Of a stretch of 64,000 bases of DNA, positions 1-9,382 are shown in pieces. Source of the DNA: Candidatus Aenigmatarchaeota archaeon. Its GTDB lineage: Archaea; Aenigmatarchaeota; Aenigmatarchaeia; CG10238-14; SCSR01. The notes below the pieces were generated by a model. That model saw nothing but the letters and a program-made list of their open reading frames with translations. It made no database searches and was not told the origin of the DNA. Both the position numbers and the translations under genes were made by a program. The stretch lies in the NCBI GenBank assembly GCA_016198705.1, contig JACQIA010000066.1, positions 3,610 to 67,609 on the forward strand, written 5' to 3'. The stretch's first letter is position 1. The number at the start of each line of letters is the position of its first letter.

Positions 1-89
1 TTAACGAGTCAATATGAAATAATAAGGAGGCGGGTGGTAGTTTTAGAGATAAATAGATTATTATTGAATATTACCTAAGTGAAATTTAT

Positions 90-494
90 ATGGCTCAACA
101 ATATTTAAAAAGAATGGAATCTGCAAGGGTTGCTCTCAATCGAGCAAGAAGCGATCTAATTGAACATTGTACAAGAGGTATAAAAGAATTAATGGAAGTT
201 GGTTATCCGAGAGATGTAATGCTTGGTGAAATAGAATATAGACTAGCTTCTAGTATGCCAGGTCGCACATGGAAGTATTGGTTACACGAAGGAAGATTGT
301 GTATTGACACTGGATTAGTCGGTGATCCGAGGGAAATATCGTACCGTGTTGTAAGAGAAGTGACACCTGATGTGCTAATAGAAATGCAATTACAACAATT
401 ACCTTTTGAACAATATAATGAAGATACGCTTAAACGGGTCGCACAGAACATAGAAGAGGGATTAAAACAATCTAAACCTGTTCCCCAACAATAA
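90..494 (+). CDS. hypothetical protein (134 aa)
   Basis: Intact ORF with no recognisable motif. It lies where rpoK/eno would be expected downstream of rpoN in the canonical archaeal order. Confidence 0.35.
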   Translation: MAQQYLKRMESARVALNRARSDLIEHCTRGIKELMEVGYPRDVMLGEIEYRLASSMPGRTWKYWLHEGRLCIDTGLVGDPREISYRVVREVTPDVLIEMQLQQLPFEQYNEDTLKRVAQNIEEGLKQSKPVPQQ

Positions 495-625
495 CAATTT
501 TATAAACGCATATAATACCACGCCGCCGACCGCGTAAAATAAAACGAGTGTAAAAATATTGCAACTAACTGCTATTAAATAAACTGCGCTTAATCATATG
601 CATTTTATTTCATCAAACCTTCAAT

Positions 626-832
626 TTACGGTTTAAATTGACTGACTTCCTTTAACAAATCTATGTTTCCCATGAAGGTCTGTCTGCAGCAATAACGGAC
701 TAATCCCAAGCTATCCAAAACCTTTTTACCATCCCCACCCTTCTCCAAGCCTTTCGTATATTTTTCCCATAAATGCCCTACGACTTTACCACAAGTTATG
801 CAACGGACTGGAACGATTATTTTTACCACCAA
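626..832 (-). CDS. rpoN: DNA-directed RNA polymerase subunit N (Rpb10 homolog)
   Basis: 68 aa. N-terminal IVPVRCITCGKVVG zinc-binding motif and CCR..F tail are typical of RpoN. It is downstream of rps9, as in archaeal operons. Confidence 0.85.
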   Translation of the reverse strand: MVVKIIVPVRCITCGKVVGHLWEKYTKGLEKGGDGKKVLDSLGLVRYCCRQTFMGNIDLLKEVSQFKP

Positions 833-845
833 TTAATTTAATTCA

Positions 846-1772
846 TTACTGATTTTGAGTATTTAAAACTTTAAGCAAGTATGGAATGTCTAGATTTAGA
901 GCCTCTAAAATCTTTCTGAAATTCTTAACACTAAAGTTTCTTTTCATCAACTCAACATCTCTTATATTTTCTCTTCTAATTCCAATTTTCTTACCGAATT
1001 GATTCTGTGACAAACCTAATTCAAATCTCCTTTTTCTTAGAATTGGACCAAGATCTTTTACATTTGATAATATTTTAATCCAGTCTTCTTCTCTAGGCCA
1101 TTTGTCTTTAAAGAATTTTTGTTCATGGTAGATCCCTTTGGCTCCAGTTGTGCAGTTTTCTATTTCAGATGGACAATCTAGTCCTATGAATTTAAAGAAT
1201 CTGAAAGGTGTACCATCTTGAGTATTGGAGTATAGGCAATAACCGCATTTCTTGCCTGTAAAACCACTTTTATATTCAACAGGATAAAAGTTTAATCCTA
1301 ATTCTTTTAATTTACCAATCAAGATATCGATATTCTCTTTTGAAAAACAATTTGTAGCCAAGACTATAAATGGTACTCTATTTCCATCGTTTTTCCTTCT
1401 TACTAAACACCCATCTCCCAAATACCAAAAAAGCAACTTTATGGGAGTAATCTCCAAATTAGAAGGTAATATTTTGACTGTTTTACCACTTATTCTAGTA
1501 TACCACTCTTTTCTTAAAGAAAGAAATTTAGGATAAGGGCAGGTATTGATGTAAAAGCCCAACATGAACAAATCTGTATTATTTCGTGAAATCCAACAAT
1601 TAATGCCGCTCATGTTAAAATACTTTGCTACCCATTTTAAGAATTCTACATCTTTACCAACAATTTGAAAAGTGAAATATTTTCCGTCTTGTGACCTTAT
1701 ACTGCCATCACCAAGTAACCCACCTTCGATAATCTCATTAAGTATCATGTATACCACTTTATTTATATACAT
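846..1772 (-). CDS. free-standing LAGLIDADG homing-endonuclease-like protein with C-terminal XRE-type HTH
   Basis: Two LAGLIDADG-type motifs (IIEGGLLGDGSI and LLFWYLGDGCLV) about 100 aa apart, plus a C-terminal HTH_3-like segment (RKRRFELGLSQNQFGKKIGIRRENIRDVE). Sits between rps9 and rpoN. Confidence 0.6.
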   Translation of the reverse strand: MYINKVVYMILNEIIEGGLLGDGSIRSQDGKYFTFQIVGKDVEFLKWVAKYFNMSGINCWISRNNTDLFMLGFYINTCPYPKFLSLRKEWYTRISGKTVKILPSNLEITPIKLLFWYLGDGCLVRRKNDGNRVPFIVLATNCFSKENIDILIGKLKELGLNFYPVEYKSGFTGKKCGYCLYSNTQDGTPFRFFKFIGLDCPSEIENCTTGAKGIYHEQKFFKDKWPREEDWIKILSNVKDLGPILRKRRFELGLSQNQFGKKIGIRRENIRDVELMKRNFSVKNFRKILEALNLDIPYLLKVLNTQNQ

Positions 1773-1831
1773 TATTAGTATATGTTAATAAAACTTTTTC
1801 TAAAGTAGAAAGTATATATTATGAAATATAT

Positions 1832-2254
1832 TTAACGCTTGCTCCTTTGTTTGTGCCTACGAGAACCACGTTTTGACGCCCCACCAGCATGATGAGGTTC
1901 ATTTCTCCTAGGATCATAAACTAGCATATTCCTATTATACTGCATAAAAGTACTCCTCAAATCCTTGCTCTTGGAAAACTCTACTAAACCTTTGGCAATA
2001 GCCATCCTAGCAGCCTCAGCCTGCCCAACAACGCCACCAGACCTGACACTAACATCAACATTCACTTTATTCGCCCAGTCACCAGCCAGCAACAAAGGCT
2101 CTTTAACCCAAAGCCTCAGCACCTCGCTGCCCCATATGTCCAAAGGAGTTGAATTTATCTTAACCACACCACTTCCTGGAATAACTTTAGCTCTGGCTAT
2201 TGCTAATCTCCTTTTTCCTGTAGTGAACAACACCTTTTGGTCCTTCTTTTTCAT
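1832..2254 (-). CDS. rps9: 30S ribosomal protein S9 (uS9)
   Basis: 140 aa with basic C-terminus ending ...RRHKQRSKR, characteristic of uS9. Follows rpl13. Confidence 0.9.
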   Translation of the reverse strand: MKKKDQKVLFTTGKRRLAIARAKVIPGSGVVKINSTPLDIWGSEVLRLWVKEPLLLAGDWANKVNVDVSVRSGGVVGQAEAARMAIAKGLVEFSKSKDLRSTFMQYNRNMLVYDPRRNEPHHAGGASKRGSRRHKQRSKR

Positions 2255-2667
2255 TTCATTCCACCTATAGAATTGGATATCTCGCCCAAGGTAATGTATT
2301 TATTCTTCAATTTACTTGCGTCGGCAATTGATATTTTTTCAAAAGTTCTATCCTTGAATTCTTCCGGCACACCAACAAACACTTTTAGATTCTTAAACGC
2401 ACTTCTACCCTTGGTTCTATCCCAAGGCAGCATCCCCCTCACTGTTCTTCTTAAAATTTCATTAGGGTATTTGGGGAAGAAAGGGCCATGTATAGCGTCA
2501 CCACGTTCAAGCCTGTGGAAATAAAACTCTACTTTTGACTTTGGATTCCCTGACAGGACTGCCTTTTCACTATTCACAACAATTATCCTTTCCCCGTTTA
2601 ATAATTCCTTGGCTACAACAGACGCAAGTCTTCCAAGTATCTGATTTTCAGCATCGTAAAATTTCAT
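2251..2667 (-). CDS. rpl13: 50S ribosomal protein L13 (uL13)
   Basis: 138 aa. Sits between rpl18e and rps9 as in the conserved order. Overlaps rps9 by 4 nt (translational coupling). Confidence 0.85.
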   Translation of the reverse strand: MKFYDAENQILGRLASVVAKELLNGERIIVVNSEKAVLSGNPKSKVEFYFHRLERGDAIHGPFFPKYPNEILRRTVRGMLPWDRTKGRSAFKNLKVFVGVPEEFKDRTFEKISIADASKLKNKYITLGEISNSIGGMK

Positions 2668-2671
2668 ACAA

Positions 2672-3049
2672 TCACATTAAAATTCTGACACCAGTTCCCT
2701 TTGGATTAATCTTCATCAATTCCTCAATTGCTATAGGTCTGCATTTGGCTTTCCTCATTTTTTCTAACGCTGACGAAGAAAATCTCCAAGCAGCTATGCT
2801 AACTGTCTTTGTTAATTCACCGTTGCCAAGAACTACTCCAGGCACAACCACAGCTCCGCCATCCTGTGCATACTTGCTTATGTCGGATAAGTTCACTTCC
2901 ACCCTCTGCCTTCTTGGCTTCCCCAGCTTCTCTGCCACGTCTCTCCATAGAGGTGCACCTACTTCATAAGAGTTCTTTTTCAGCATTTCTATCAATTGTT
3001 TCAAATACGCGTTTGTGGGGCCTGTTCTTCTGCTCATAGTCATCAGCAA
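2672..3049 (-). CDS. rpl18e: 50S ribosomal protein L18e
   Basis: 125 aa with MSRRTGPTNAYL N-terminal region typical of L18e. Upstream of rpl13. Confidence 0.8.
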   Translation of the reverse strand: MLMTMSRRTGPTNAYLKQLIEMLKKNSYEVGAPLWRDVAEKLGKPRRQRVEVNLSDISKYAQDGGAVVVPGVVLGNGELTKTVSIAAWRFSSSALEKMRKAKCRPIAIEELMKINPKGTGVRILM

Positions 3050-3087
3050 TTACATAATGTAGTATTTAGAGGTTTTTAAATTTGTTA

Positions 3088-3172
3088 TGCGCCAATCGGG
3101 ATTTGAACCCGAGCCACAAGCTGTTTCCTTTAATTGGGAAGCTCGTATCCTACCAGGCTAGACTATTGGCGC
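3088..3172 (-). tRNA. tRNA-Gly(CCC) with about 12-nt intron at canonical 37/38 position
   Basis: Minus-strand read: acceptor GCGCCAA/UUGGCGC plus discriminator A; D-arm GUCU-AGCCUGGUA-GGAU; anticodon stem CGAGC/GCUUG with loop UUCCCA[intron AUUAAAGGAAAC]A; T-arm UCGGG-UUCAAAU-CCCGA. An alternative parse gives Trp(CCA). Confidence 0.6.
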
Positions 3173-3253
3173 TTGCACTAAACTACTATTCCAACCTTTT
3201 TATTAAATTCTTTCATTTTTAGTTTATGAATAATTTAGTTGAAAGAAATAAAG

Positions 3254-3351
3254 GCGCCGAGAGGGAGATTTGAACTCCCAAGAGCTTTCGCTCGCTGGTT
3301 CACTTCCAATAGACTCAAGACCAGTGCCATACCGGATTAGGCGATCTCGGC
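3254..3351 (-). tRNA. tRNA-Ser(UGA) with long variable arm and about 13-nt intron
   Basis: Acceptor GCCGAGA/UCUCGGC with discriminator G and encoded CC; 3-bp D-stem; anticodon stem CUGGU/ACCAG with loop CUUGAG[intron]A; long variable arm CGAGCGAAAGCUCUU; T-arm GGGAG-UUCAAAU-CUCCC. Confidence 0.55.
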
Positions 3352-3446
3352 ATCCAAATTTATCTCATCATCTTGAGAATCAGCTCTTGATGTCTTTTTA
3401 ATAAAGATATTTTCTACTTATAAGTTTAATTTCTAAGAACAATAGT

Positions 3447-3740
3447 TTATTGGACAACTTCCAATTTCCCATTCTTAGGAATAGTTATCTGCAATTTCTC
3501 TCTGAATTGGGTAGAATATGCGCCAATAACATTAATTGTATCCCCAACTGCGATTGATTTAATTTGGGTTTCCCACAAAGACAAAGAAATCTGCCCCGTA
3601 TCGTCTTCAAGTATAGCATCAGCCACAGAACGAGGGCCGTATTTGGTCTGCACATCCCTGCTTTCAGATATCTCCAGCACCTTTGCTGTCAATGTTATGT
3701 TGCTCATCCCAACCTTCACATCTGAAATTTTCATATACAC
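3447..3740 (-). CDS. small OB-fold nucleic-acid-binding protein (SSB/RPA-like)
   Basis: 97 aa, a single OB-fold-like beta-rich domain. Pattern resembles short archaeal SSB-like proteins. Confidence 0.4.
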   Translation of the reverse strand: MYMKISDVKVGMSNITLTAKVLEISESRDVQTKYGPRSVADAILEDDTGQISLSLWETQIKSIAVGDTINVIGAYSTQFREKLQITIPKNGKLEVVQ

Positions 3741-3767
3741 ACTAATTTATTTTAGTATTTAAGTATT

Positions 3768-4718
3768 TCACACTATTTTATAAGTTCCTTTTTTCATTAC
3801 CAATTTATCATTTCTAACGGCAACACCCTTAGTTCTTTTGTGCATCTCCGCGCTTGTCATCTTTGCTATGCCCAATGCAATCAATTCTTCTTTTAAGCTG
3901 AACATAGCAATAGTTTCACCCCTGACAATATCTTCCTGGATCCTGCAAATGCCGTTAACATAAACTGGCGCACCGTTGCAGATATTCTCTATCGCCGAAT
4001 CTTTTACAACAATCTTCTTTACATGCGGTATAGCATGCTCAACCGGAATTAACATATCCCTCAACAATCTTTCTTCTTTATTATTTCTCCAAAATTCATA
4101 CGCATCCCTAACGTCTACTAACGAATGGGAGATTTCTTCATTGAAACTGCCAACCCTAGTCCTGCGCAATTCCGACATATGCGCCCCAATTCCCATAGCC
4201 TGTCCGATGTCATGCACAAGTTTTCTTATGTAAGTCCCAGCCTGGCAGCCAACTTTAAACAAAACATCCTTACCATTAGCCTCTAAAATATCAAGAAAAT
4301 AAATTTCCCTCTCCCTCTCCCTTCTTGCCACAGCAGACTTTACCGGAGGAGTCTGTTTTATGCTTCCAAGAAATCTCTCAGCAATTGTATTTCTTAAAAC
4401 ATCCTCAGTCACATCTTTATGCAGATGCATTACTCCAACATATTCCTTATCCAGTCCAGTTAAAACTGTCATGACTTTTGTTGCATCATCCAATCCAATC
4501 GGCAGCACACCGGTAACCGCAGGATCCAATGTTCCGCTGTGCCCAGACTTTTTGACATTAAAAATATTTTTAACCCAAGCAGTACACTGATGAGAGGTTG
4601 GCCCGCTGTGTTTATCCAAAATTATCAAGCTAGAAGTTATCAATTCTTCAACAGTTCTCTCGCCAGGGTTTTTGCCCAAATTCGAATTTGTTTTTTCTTC
4701 AGATTTGTTTAGCCACAT
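3768..4718 (-). CDS. cbf5: tRNA/rRNA pseudouridine synthase Cbf5 (TruB family, H/ACA RNP catalytic subunit) with PUA domain
   Basis: TruB catalytic-Asp context KKSGHSGTLDPAVTGVLPIG and C-terminal PUA-like segment. 316 aa. Confidence 0.85.
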   Translation of the reverse strand: MWLNKSEEKTNSNLGKNPGERTVEELITSSLIILDKHSGPTSHQCTAWVKNIFNVKKSGHSGTLDPAVTGVLPIGLDDATKVMTVLTGLDKEYVGVMHLHKDVTEDVLRNTIAERFLGSIKQTPPVKSAVARREREREIYFLDILEANGKDVLFKVGCQAGTYIRKLVHDIGQAMGIGAHMSELRRTRVGSFNEEISHSLVDVRDAYEFWRNNKEERLLRDMLIPVEHAIPHVKKIVVKDSAIENICNGAPVYVNGICRIQEDIVRGETIAMFSLKEELIALGIAKMTSAEMHKRTKGVAVRNDKLVMKKGTYKIV

Positions 4719-4869
4719 ATACCTATATAAGGTTTTGTTAAAAAACTTTTAAGCTGCATTTCGGCAATTGCTCACCTTTAAATCCTTATGCCAAAATTTA
4801 AAGAAAGATTGAAAAGGTTTTCGTCGTTTAGGATAAAAGATTGCAATCATAACAAAATAAAAGAGATTC

Positions 4870-5877
4870 ATGCAAAAGAAGTTAATTGTCTTCTATTTAA
4901 TCGCCTCATTGTTTAGTTTTTCTTATTTCGTTTACTCCGATCATCCTCCAGGTTCAAATGTGACTTTCCCTCAGGATCAGATAGAACGTGATTTGGCTTT
5001 GATTAAAAAATCCGCTTACTATAACTTCGACATTTTATTTTCAGCAGACGAGGTGGAGGCAAAAGCAGGTGAAAATGCAACTGTAAATTTCACCATCATT
5101 AACAAAGGCAGTTTCGCCCTGCGAGAATTCAACGTTGGCTTAAATGGGATAGATTATCCTTATGAAATAACACCGCAAAAAAGCGAAATACCTGTATGGG
5201 GAGAATGGAATAATGTAGACGGTTTGAAGCGCGGGCAAGTAAATTACCAAATGAAAATAAACGTTCCTTCTAACGCAACTGACGTGCATTTAGTTAATCT
5301 GACAGGAATGGAGAATTTCTCCTGGCGCAAAGTTTCAAAGTCGAAAATACTTATACTGAAAGTAGTTCCATCAGTTCCTGTCGAGCCAAATATAGAAGTT
5401 TCCAAGATATCCGCTCCGGAAATGATAAAAGAATACGAACCGTTTAATATCAGCTTTTCAGTTGGCAACCAAAACCCATTCAGACAACAGATTGACATTT
5501 CACTTGATATTCCTTTAGACTGGTCTGCGGTTGAAAATAAAAAATCATTATTGCTAGAATCTAACAAGTCTTCTGATGTCATTTTTACAATAGTGCCGAC
5601 AAACACGAGCGGCAATATTTCAATAGATATAGTTTACCCATTCAAGAAGCAAATCTTCTCGTTGGTCAAAGAAGGTCCTCTCCTAACCCCAATTGTAGAC
5701 GAGCCTGAAGAAGAGGCAGTAGCCAAAAAGTCGACAGGCATAGCAGCGATATTGGAATTTATTAGAAATTTGAGCCCCATATTTTTGGCGATTATAGTCT
5801 TGATTGCTGTGATAGTCGTATGGTTTATTGTAAAATTAATAAAATTCTATACCGGAAGGAAAAAGGAAGAAGCTTAG
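4870..5877 (+). CDS. secreted/surface protein with N-terminal signal peptide and C-terminal TM anchor
   Basis: N-terminal hydrophobic signal sequence, many N-x-S/T sequons, C-terminal TM IFLAIIVLIAVIVVWFIV followed by a basic tail. Confidence 0.5.
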   Translation: MQKKLIVFYLIASLFSFSYFVYSDHPPGSNVTFPQDQIERDLALIKKSAYYNFDILFSADEVEAKAGENATVNFTIINKGSFALREFNVGLNGIDYPYEITPQKSEIPVWGEWNNVDGLKRGQVNYQMKINVPSNATDVHLVNLTGMENFSWRKVSKSKILILKVVPSVPVEPNIEVSKISAPEMIKEYEPFNISFSVGNQNPFRQQIDISLDIPLDWSAVENKKSLLLESNKSSDVIFTIVPTNTSGNISIDIVYPFKKQIFSLVKEGPLLTPIVDEPEEEAVAKKSTGIAAILEFIRNLSPIFLAIIVLIAVIVVWFIVKLIKFYTGRKKEEA

Positions 5878-5940
5878 AATCACTTGCTGTTTAGTTTGTA
5901 TCTTGCCAAATTCCAAATAAAAAAATTGCCAATTGAATAA

Positions 5941-6324
5941 TTATTTATCCATCTTCTTAACTTCTGCTTTCTCTTTAGGCTTCGTCTCAGCCTCTTTAAC
6001 TTTCTCCTCTTTCACAGCTTTCATTTTGCCAGCAGAAGGCAACTTCAAATTAAACTTTGTAACAACATTAGCTTTCTTGTAGGCTTCTATAATTTCCTCA
6101 TCAGTCGCATCCTCTTTTATCTCGAGGATATGCCTTGTCGGCTCTAGATGAGTTATGTTAGCCTTCCTTCTTTTAATTCCTGTAAGAAGTCTAGGACCAG
6201 TAACCATGACAAAAGAGTTCTTCTTTGTCTTCTCGTTTGTGATATTATTCAAAACAACACACAGCCTACCAGCCTCCCTGCCCACTAGTTTCATGCACAC
6301 CCTTCCAACTTCCAATGCCATCAA
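5941..6324 (-). CDS. rpl14e: 50S ribosomal protein L14e with Lys/Glu-rich C-terminal extension
   Basis: N-terminal KOW-like EVGRVCMKLVGREAGRLCVV plus TGPRLLTGIKRRKANITHLEPT, typical of L14e. Confidence 0.8.
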   Translation of the reverse strand: MMALEVGRVCMKLVGREAGRLCVVLNNITNEKTKKNSFVMVTGPRLLTGIKRRKANITHLEPTRHILEIKEDATDEEIIEAYKKANVVTKFNLKLPSAGKMKAVKEEKVKEAETKPKEKAEVKKMDK

Positions 6325-6563
6325 ATCACTCTCGCTTTTTCTCTAAATAAATCTTTTGTACAATTGCCGCAAAGATATCCGCCATAAATTCTGGTTGGTC
6401 TTCTTTCAGTTTTAGACAGCTTTCCAGCTGCAGCAGCATGCATCCTTGGCATGCCGTGCAATTCCGCTTTACAATTTGCGCATCTGTTAATTCCTATCTT
6501 CCTTCTTCCGCTTCTGATTACTAATTTTCCAGAAGGCGTTCTTACCTTAATTTTTTTCATCAA
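6321..6563 (-). CDS. rpl34e: 50S ribosomal protein L34e
   Basis: 80 aa with C4 zinc motif CANCK...CGNC and RTPSGK N-terminus typical of L34e. Confidence 0.8.
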   Translation of the reverse strand: MMKKIKVRTPSGKLVIRSGRRKIGINRCANCKAELHGMPRMHAAAAGKLSKTERRPTRIYGGYLCGNCTKDLFREKARVI

Positions 6564-7039
6564 CTTACACCAAACATTTTATTGGCTATCCACCCTAGCG
6601 TAAGAGAAACAAGGAAATACCACAACAGCCAGTCGAACGAATGGCCTACAAATGGCAAGTTAAACGGCAATGACGCTACAGTCAATCCTTTATACTTCTC
6701 CCCCACCCACGGCAAAATCAACGAAATTACCAGCATGGAAACAACCAATGCCTTCAGCGTATGTTTCATATATTCGTTGTTCGTCTTCATCATCTCGTTT
6801 ATCAGTTTATTAACATTTTCCTTGTCGCCTAGCTTCTGCGCCTGGTTCAAATTTTCCTTTATCTCCTCCATCTTGGTTCTAATGCTCTTTGCCACGTCCT
6901 TATTTACCAAGAGCCTGTTTATGCTCAAGACAAGCATGGTCAGCATAGAAGATAGAATTAAAACTGATACATAATGGGGCAATATTGTTAGGGGTGAAAA
7001 AATCATGTCAAATATTGGATACAATTGTTCAAATACCAT
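6560..7039 (-). CDS. DUF106 family membrane protein (archaeal YidC/Oxa1/EMC3-like)
   Basis: 159 aa with 3 TM segments and a coiled-coil KE-rich loop. Positioned between secY and rpl34e exactly as DUF106 is in archaea. adk and cmk, which normally flank it, are absent. Confidence 0.5.
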   Translation of the reverse strand: MVFEQLYPIFDMIFSPLTILPHYVSVLILSSMLTMLVLSINRLLVNKDVAKSIRTKMEEIKENLNQAQKLGDKENVNKLINEMMKTNNEYMKHTLKALVVSMLVISLILPWVGEKYKGLTVASLPFNLPFVGHSFDWLLWYFLVSLTLGWIANKMFGVS

Positions 7040-8482
7040 TTACTCACCGCCAAGCAACTTCCTAATTAGAGGATGTGCGTCCTCCAAGGGCTGGTTGCTC
7101 AATTCTTCATAATAATTATAAATGATCATAACAGTTAAAAGGATTCCTGTACCGCTGCCGATAGCTCCTGTAAAATCTCCAAGTGCTGCCAGCAGGCCTA
7201 CTGTAAACCCACCTAGTACCGATAAAGGCGGGATGTACCTGTTTAAAACAGATTCCACAATCCTAGGATCCCTTCTGTAGCCAGGTATCTGCATGCCTAT
7301 ACCCTCTATCTGCCCTGCTATCGTTTTCGCATCCATACCTGCAGTATTCACCCAAAATACCGAAAAAATTACCGACCCTATAACCAGGAATGCCAGATAA
7401 GTAAATGCTCTCAAAACTTCTGAAGGTGTTAGCGCAAATGTTACTACATCTATCAAAAGATTTCTGGGTGCGGATAAATAATAAACAATTCCGCTAGTTG
7501 GGTTGCCTTGGTCATCAAAACAGCCCATTACTCCACATAAACCTTCGGGTGTTGGTGATATGCCTACTCTAGCAGTTAATTGTACATTCGCAAGCAAGGC
7601 TGCTGTAAGTATTACTGGTATATTGCTTGTATACAGAAGTTTTAAGGACCAAGACTTTCCAAACCCCCTTAGAGCAGAGAAAGCCAAAGGCACCTCAACT
7701 TTTATTCCCTGTATGTAGATTACCAACAAAAATACGAGAACTGTTGCTAGGAGTGGCATGAAATTAACTAAAGATTCTATAAAATTGCCTGAAATAAGGT
7801 TTGACAAAAATCCCCAAAGCAATCCTATCGGTGGGTTGCCTTCACCGGGTATGCATGTGCTGAATTGAAGAGGCGCGCATGTTGCCGCTAATGGTGATAT
7901 GGCTCTAACAAGAATTTGCGACCCAACACCTGCAGCTATGAACAGGCTTACACCAGAACCAAATCCCCACTTTGAAACCAACTCGTCCAGCAAAATTACA
8001 ATTATTCCACCTGCAGCCAACTGCAATATCACTATTAAAAGAATGGGAACACCACCAGCTACTGGCACTGCGCCCGCCAGCACAAATGCAGTGGCTTCTA
8101 TGAAAGCAAAAGAAATTGCCAAAGTCTTGTTCCAAGTTTGGAATTTTTTCCTGGAGTCAGGCTTTGTCATGTCCCAATTGATTATCTTAGAGCCAACCAA
8201 GAGCTGCAAAATAATTCCGGCAGTTACGATCGGTCCTATCCCCAACGTCATCAGGCTGCCGAATTTAGAGCCAAGAACAATTTCAAAGAACCTGAATTGT
8301 TCGAAAGAAGTCGGGGCCAAACCGAAAACAGTGATGTATGACATTGTTAGATACATCAAAAGAGCTAACCCAGTCCATTTCAGCCTTTCATTAAACCCTT
8401 GTTTGTAAAGAGGCTTTTCTACAGACGGCAGGAATTTTGCTATCTTTGTAATTAATTCGGGTTTTTCAGCTTGCTCTTCCAA
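7040..8482 (-). CDS. secY: preprotein translocase subunit SecY
   Basis: 480 aa, 10-TM polytopic protein immediately downstream of rpl15 in canonical position. Confidence 0.9.
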   Translation of the reverse strand: MEEQAEKPELITKIAKFLPSVEKPLYKQGFNERLKWTGLALLMYLTMSYITVFGLAPTSFEQFRFFEIVLGSKFGSLMTLGIGPIVTAGIILQLLVGSKIINWDMTKPDSRKKFQTWNKTLAISFAFIEATAFVLAGAVPVAGGVPILLIVILQLAAGGIIVILLDELVSKWGFGSGVSLFIAAGVGSQILVRAISPLAATCAPLQFSTCIPGEGNPPIGLLWGFLSNLISGNFIESLVNFMPLLATVLVFLLVIYIQGIKVEVPLAFSALRGFGKSWSLKLLYTSNIPVILTAALLANVQLTARVGISPTPEGLCGVMGCFDDQGNPTSGIVYYLSAPRNLLIDVVTFALTPSEVLRAFTYLAFLVIGSVIFSVFWVNTAGMDAKTIAGQIEGIGMQIPGYRRDPRIVESVLNRYIPPLSVLGGFTVGLLAALGDFTGAIGSGTGILLTVMIIYNYYEELSNQPLEDAHPLIRKLLGGE

Positions 8483-8491
8483 ATTATCGCC

Positions 8492-8926
8492 CTATCCAAT
8501 AATTACAGCTTTTCCGCCAGCCGATTCCAATTTTTTGATTGCAGATTTCGAAAAATATTTTGATTCTACGATTAAAGACTGCTTCAACACGCCAGAGCCC
8601 AATAACTTATCATATCCGATTTTTTTCAGGTTTATTTTGATTGAATTGCCTTCTTTCACAGCGAGATTTTTTTGCAAAAGATTTTCCATAATCCTGTTTA
8701 GATCCTCAATGTTGATTATCTTTACATCTTCAGCAATATTTTGCGGTATTTTGAAACCATGCTTGCCGAAATGATCCGGTTCGTACTTCACGACATAACT
8801 CCATTTATGCTTGTGTCTGCCCGCCTGGCCTCTCCCACCCCTGCTTCCTCCACCTCTCCATTTTTTATGGCTGCCGTGATAAGACCTTTCTCCACGTCTG
8901 TGTTTCTTTTCTTTTCTAACAACCAC
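8492..8926 (-). CDS. rpl15: 50S ribosomal protein L15 (uL15)
   Basis: Gly/Arg-rich N-terminus RGGGSRGGRGQAGRHKHK typical of uL15. Between rpl30 and secY. Confidence 0.85.
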   Translation of the reverse strand: MVVRKEKKHRRGERSYHGSHKKWRGGGSRGGRGQAGRHKHKWSYVVKYEPDHFGKHGFKIPQNIAEDVKIINIEDLNRIMENLLQKNLAVKEGNSIKINLKKIGYDKLLGSGVLKQSLIVESKYFSKSAIKKLESAGGKAVIIG

Positions 8927-9382
8927 TTAAATCATCCTCATCAAAAGTTCATTAATTTCTTTTCCCCTATAGCCCAAATCACCTTTTGGATGATGCTCCC
9001 TCACCGATTTAAAGCCTTTGGACGGCGGGGTTAGCCTAAAGAAAGGCTGCAATATTTTAAAATCCCTTAATTTATTATTGTCACTAATCAAGCCATCAGC
9101 AAGCGCTTCATATGAAGCAATGCCGATTTTCTTCAGAATGCTTTCGTCAACCCTTTTATCTACTTTCAACCTCAGTCTTTTCTTAAGCACTTCTACCAAA
9201 GAATTCTTGTCAATTTCTCCGTATGTGATCCACTCTTTAGCAACTTCCAGCATGCCTTTGAAAGTAGGATTTTCAGCAACAATGGCACATGAATTGGCAT
9301 TATCAAGTCTCAGCATCTTCAATGTGTCTTTAACATTATTTCTGATACCAACCGTACCACGAATTCGGATAACCGCATACAT
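8927..9382 (-). CDS. rpl30: 50S ribosomal protein L30 (uL30)
   Basis: MYAVIRIRGTVGIRNNVKDTLKMLRL ferredoxin-like N-terminus typical of archaeal uL30. Confidence 0.85.
   Translation of the reverse strand: MYAVIRIRGTVGIRNNVKDTLKMLRLDNANSCAIVAENPTFKGMLEVAKEWITYGEIDKNSLVEVLKKRLRLKVDKRVDESILKKIGIASYEALADGLISDNNKLRDFKILQPFFRLTPPSKGFKSVREHHPKGDLGYRGKEINELLMRMI

Noticed and set aside
1965-2969. Plus-strand ORFs 1965..2270, 2237..2524, 2535..2969 (and many similar 60-250-aa ORFs antisense to secY, rps5, rpl3, atpI, etc.)
   Set aside because: These are shadow ORFs on the opposite strand of well-supported ribosomal or housekeeping genes. They have low-complexity Ser/Leu/Pro-rich translations and no motifs.
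3088-3172. Alternative parse of this tRNA as tRNA-Trp(CCA) with a 10-nt intron
   Set aside because: That parse needs two nucleotides between the D-stem and anticodon stem and C33. The Gly(CCC) parse gives canonical A26, U33, A37 and the same CGAGC/GCUUG stem as the other Gly tRNA.
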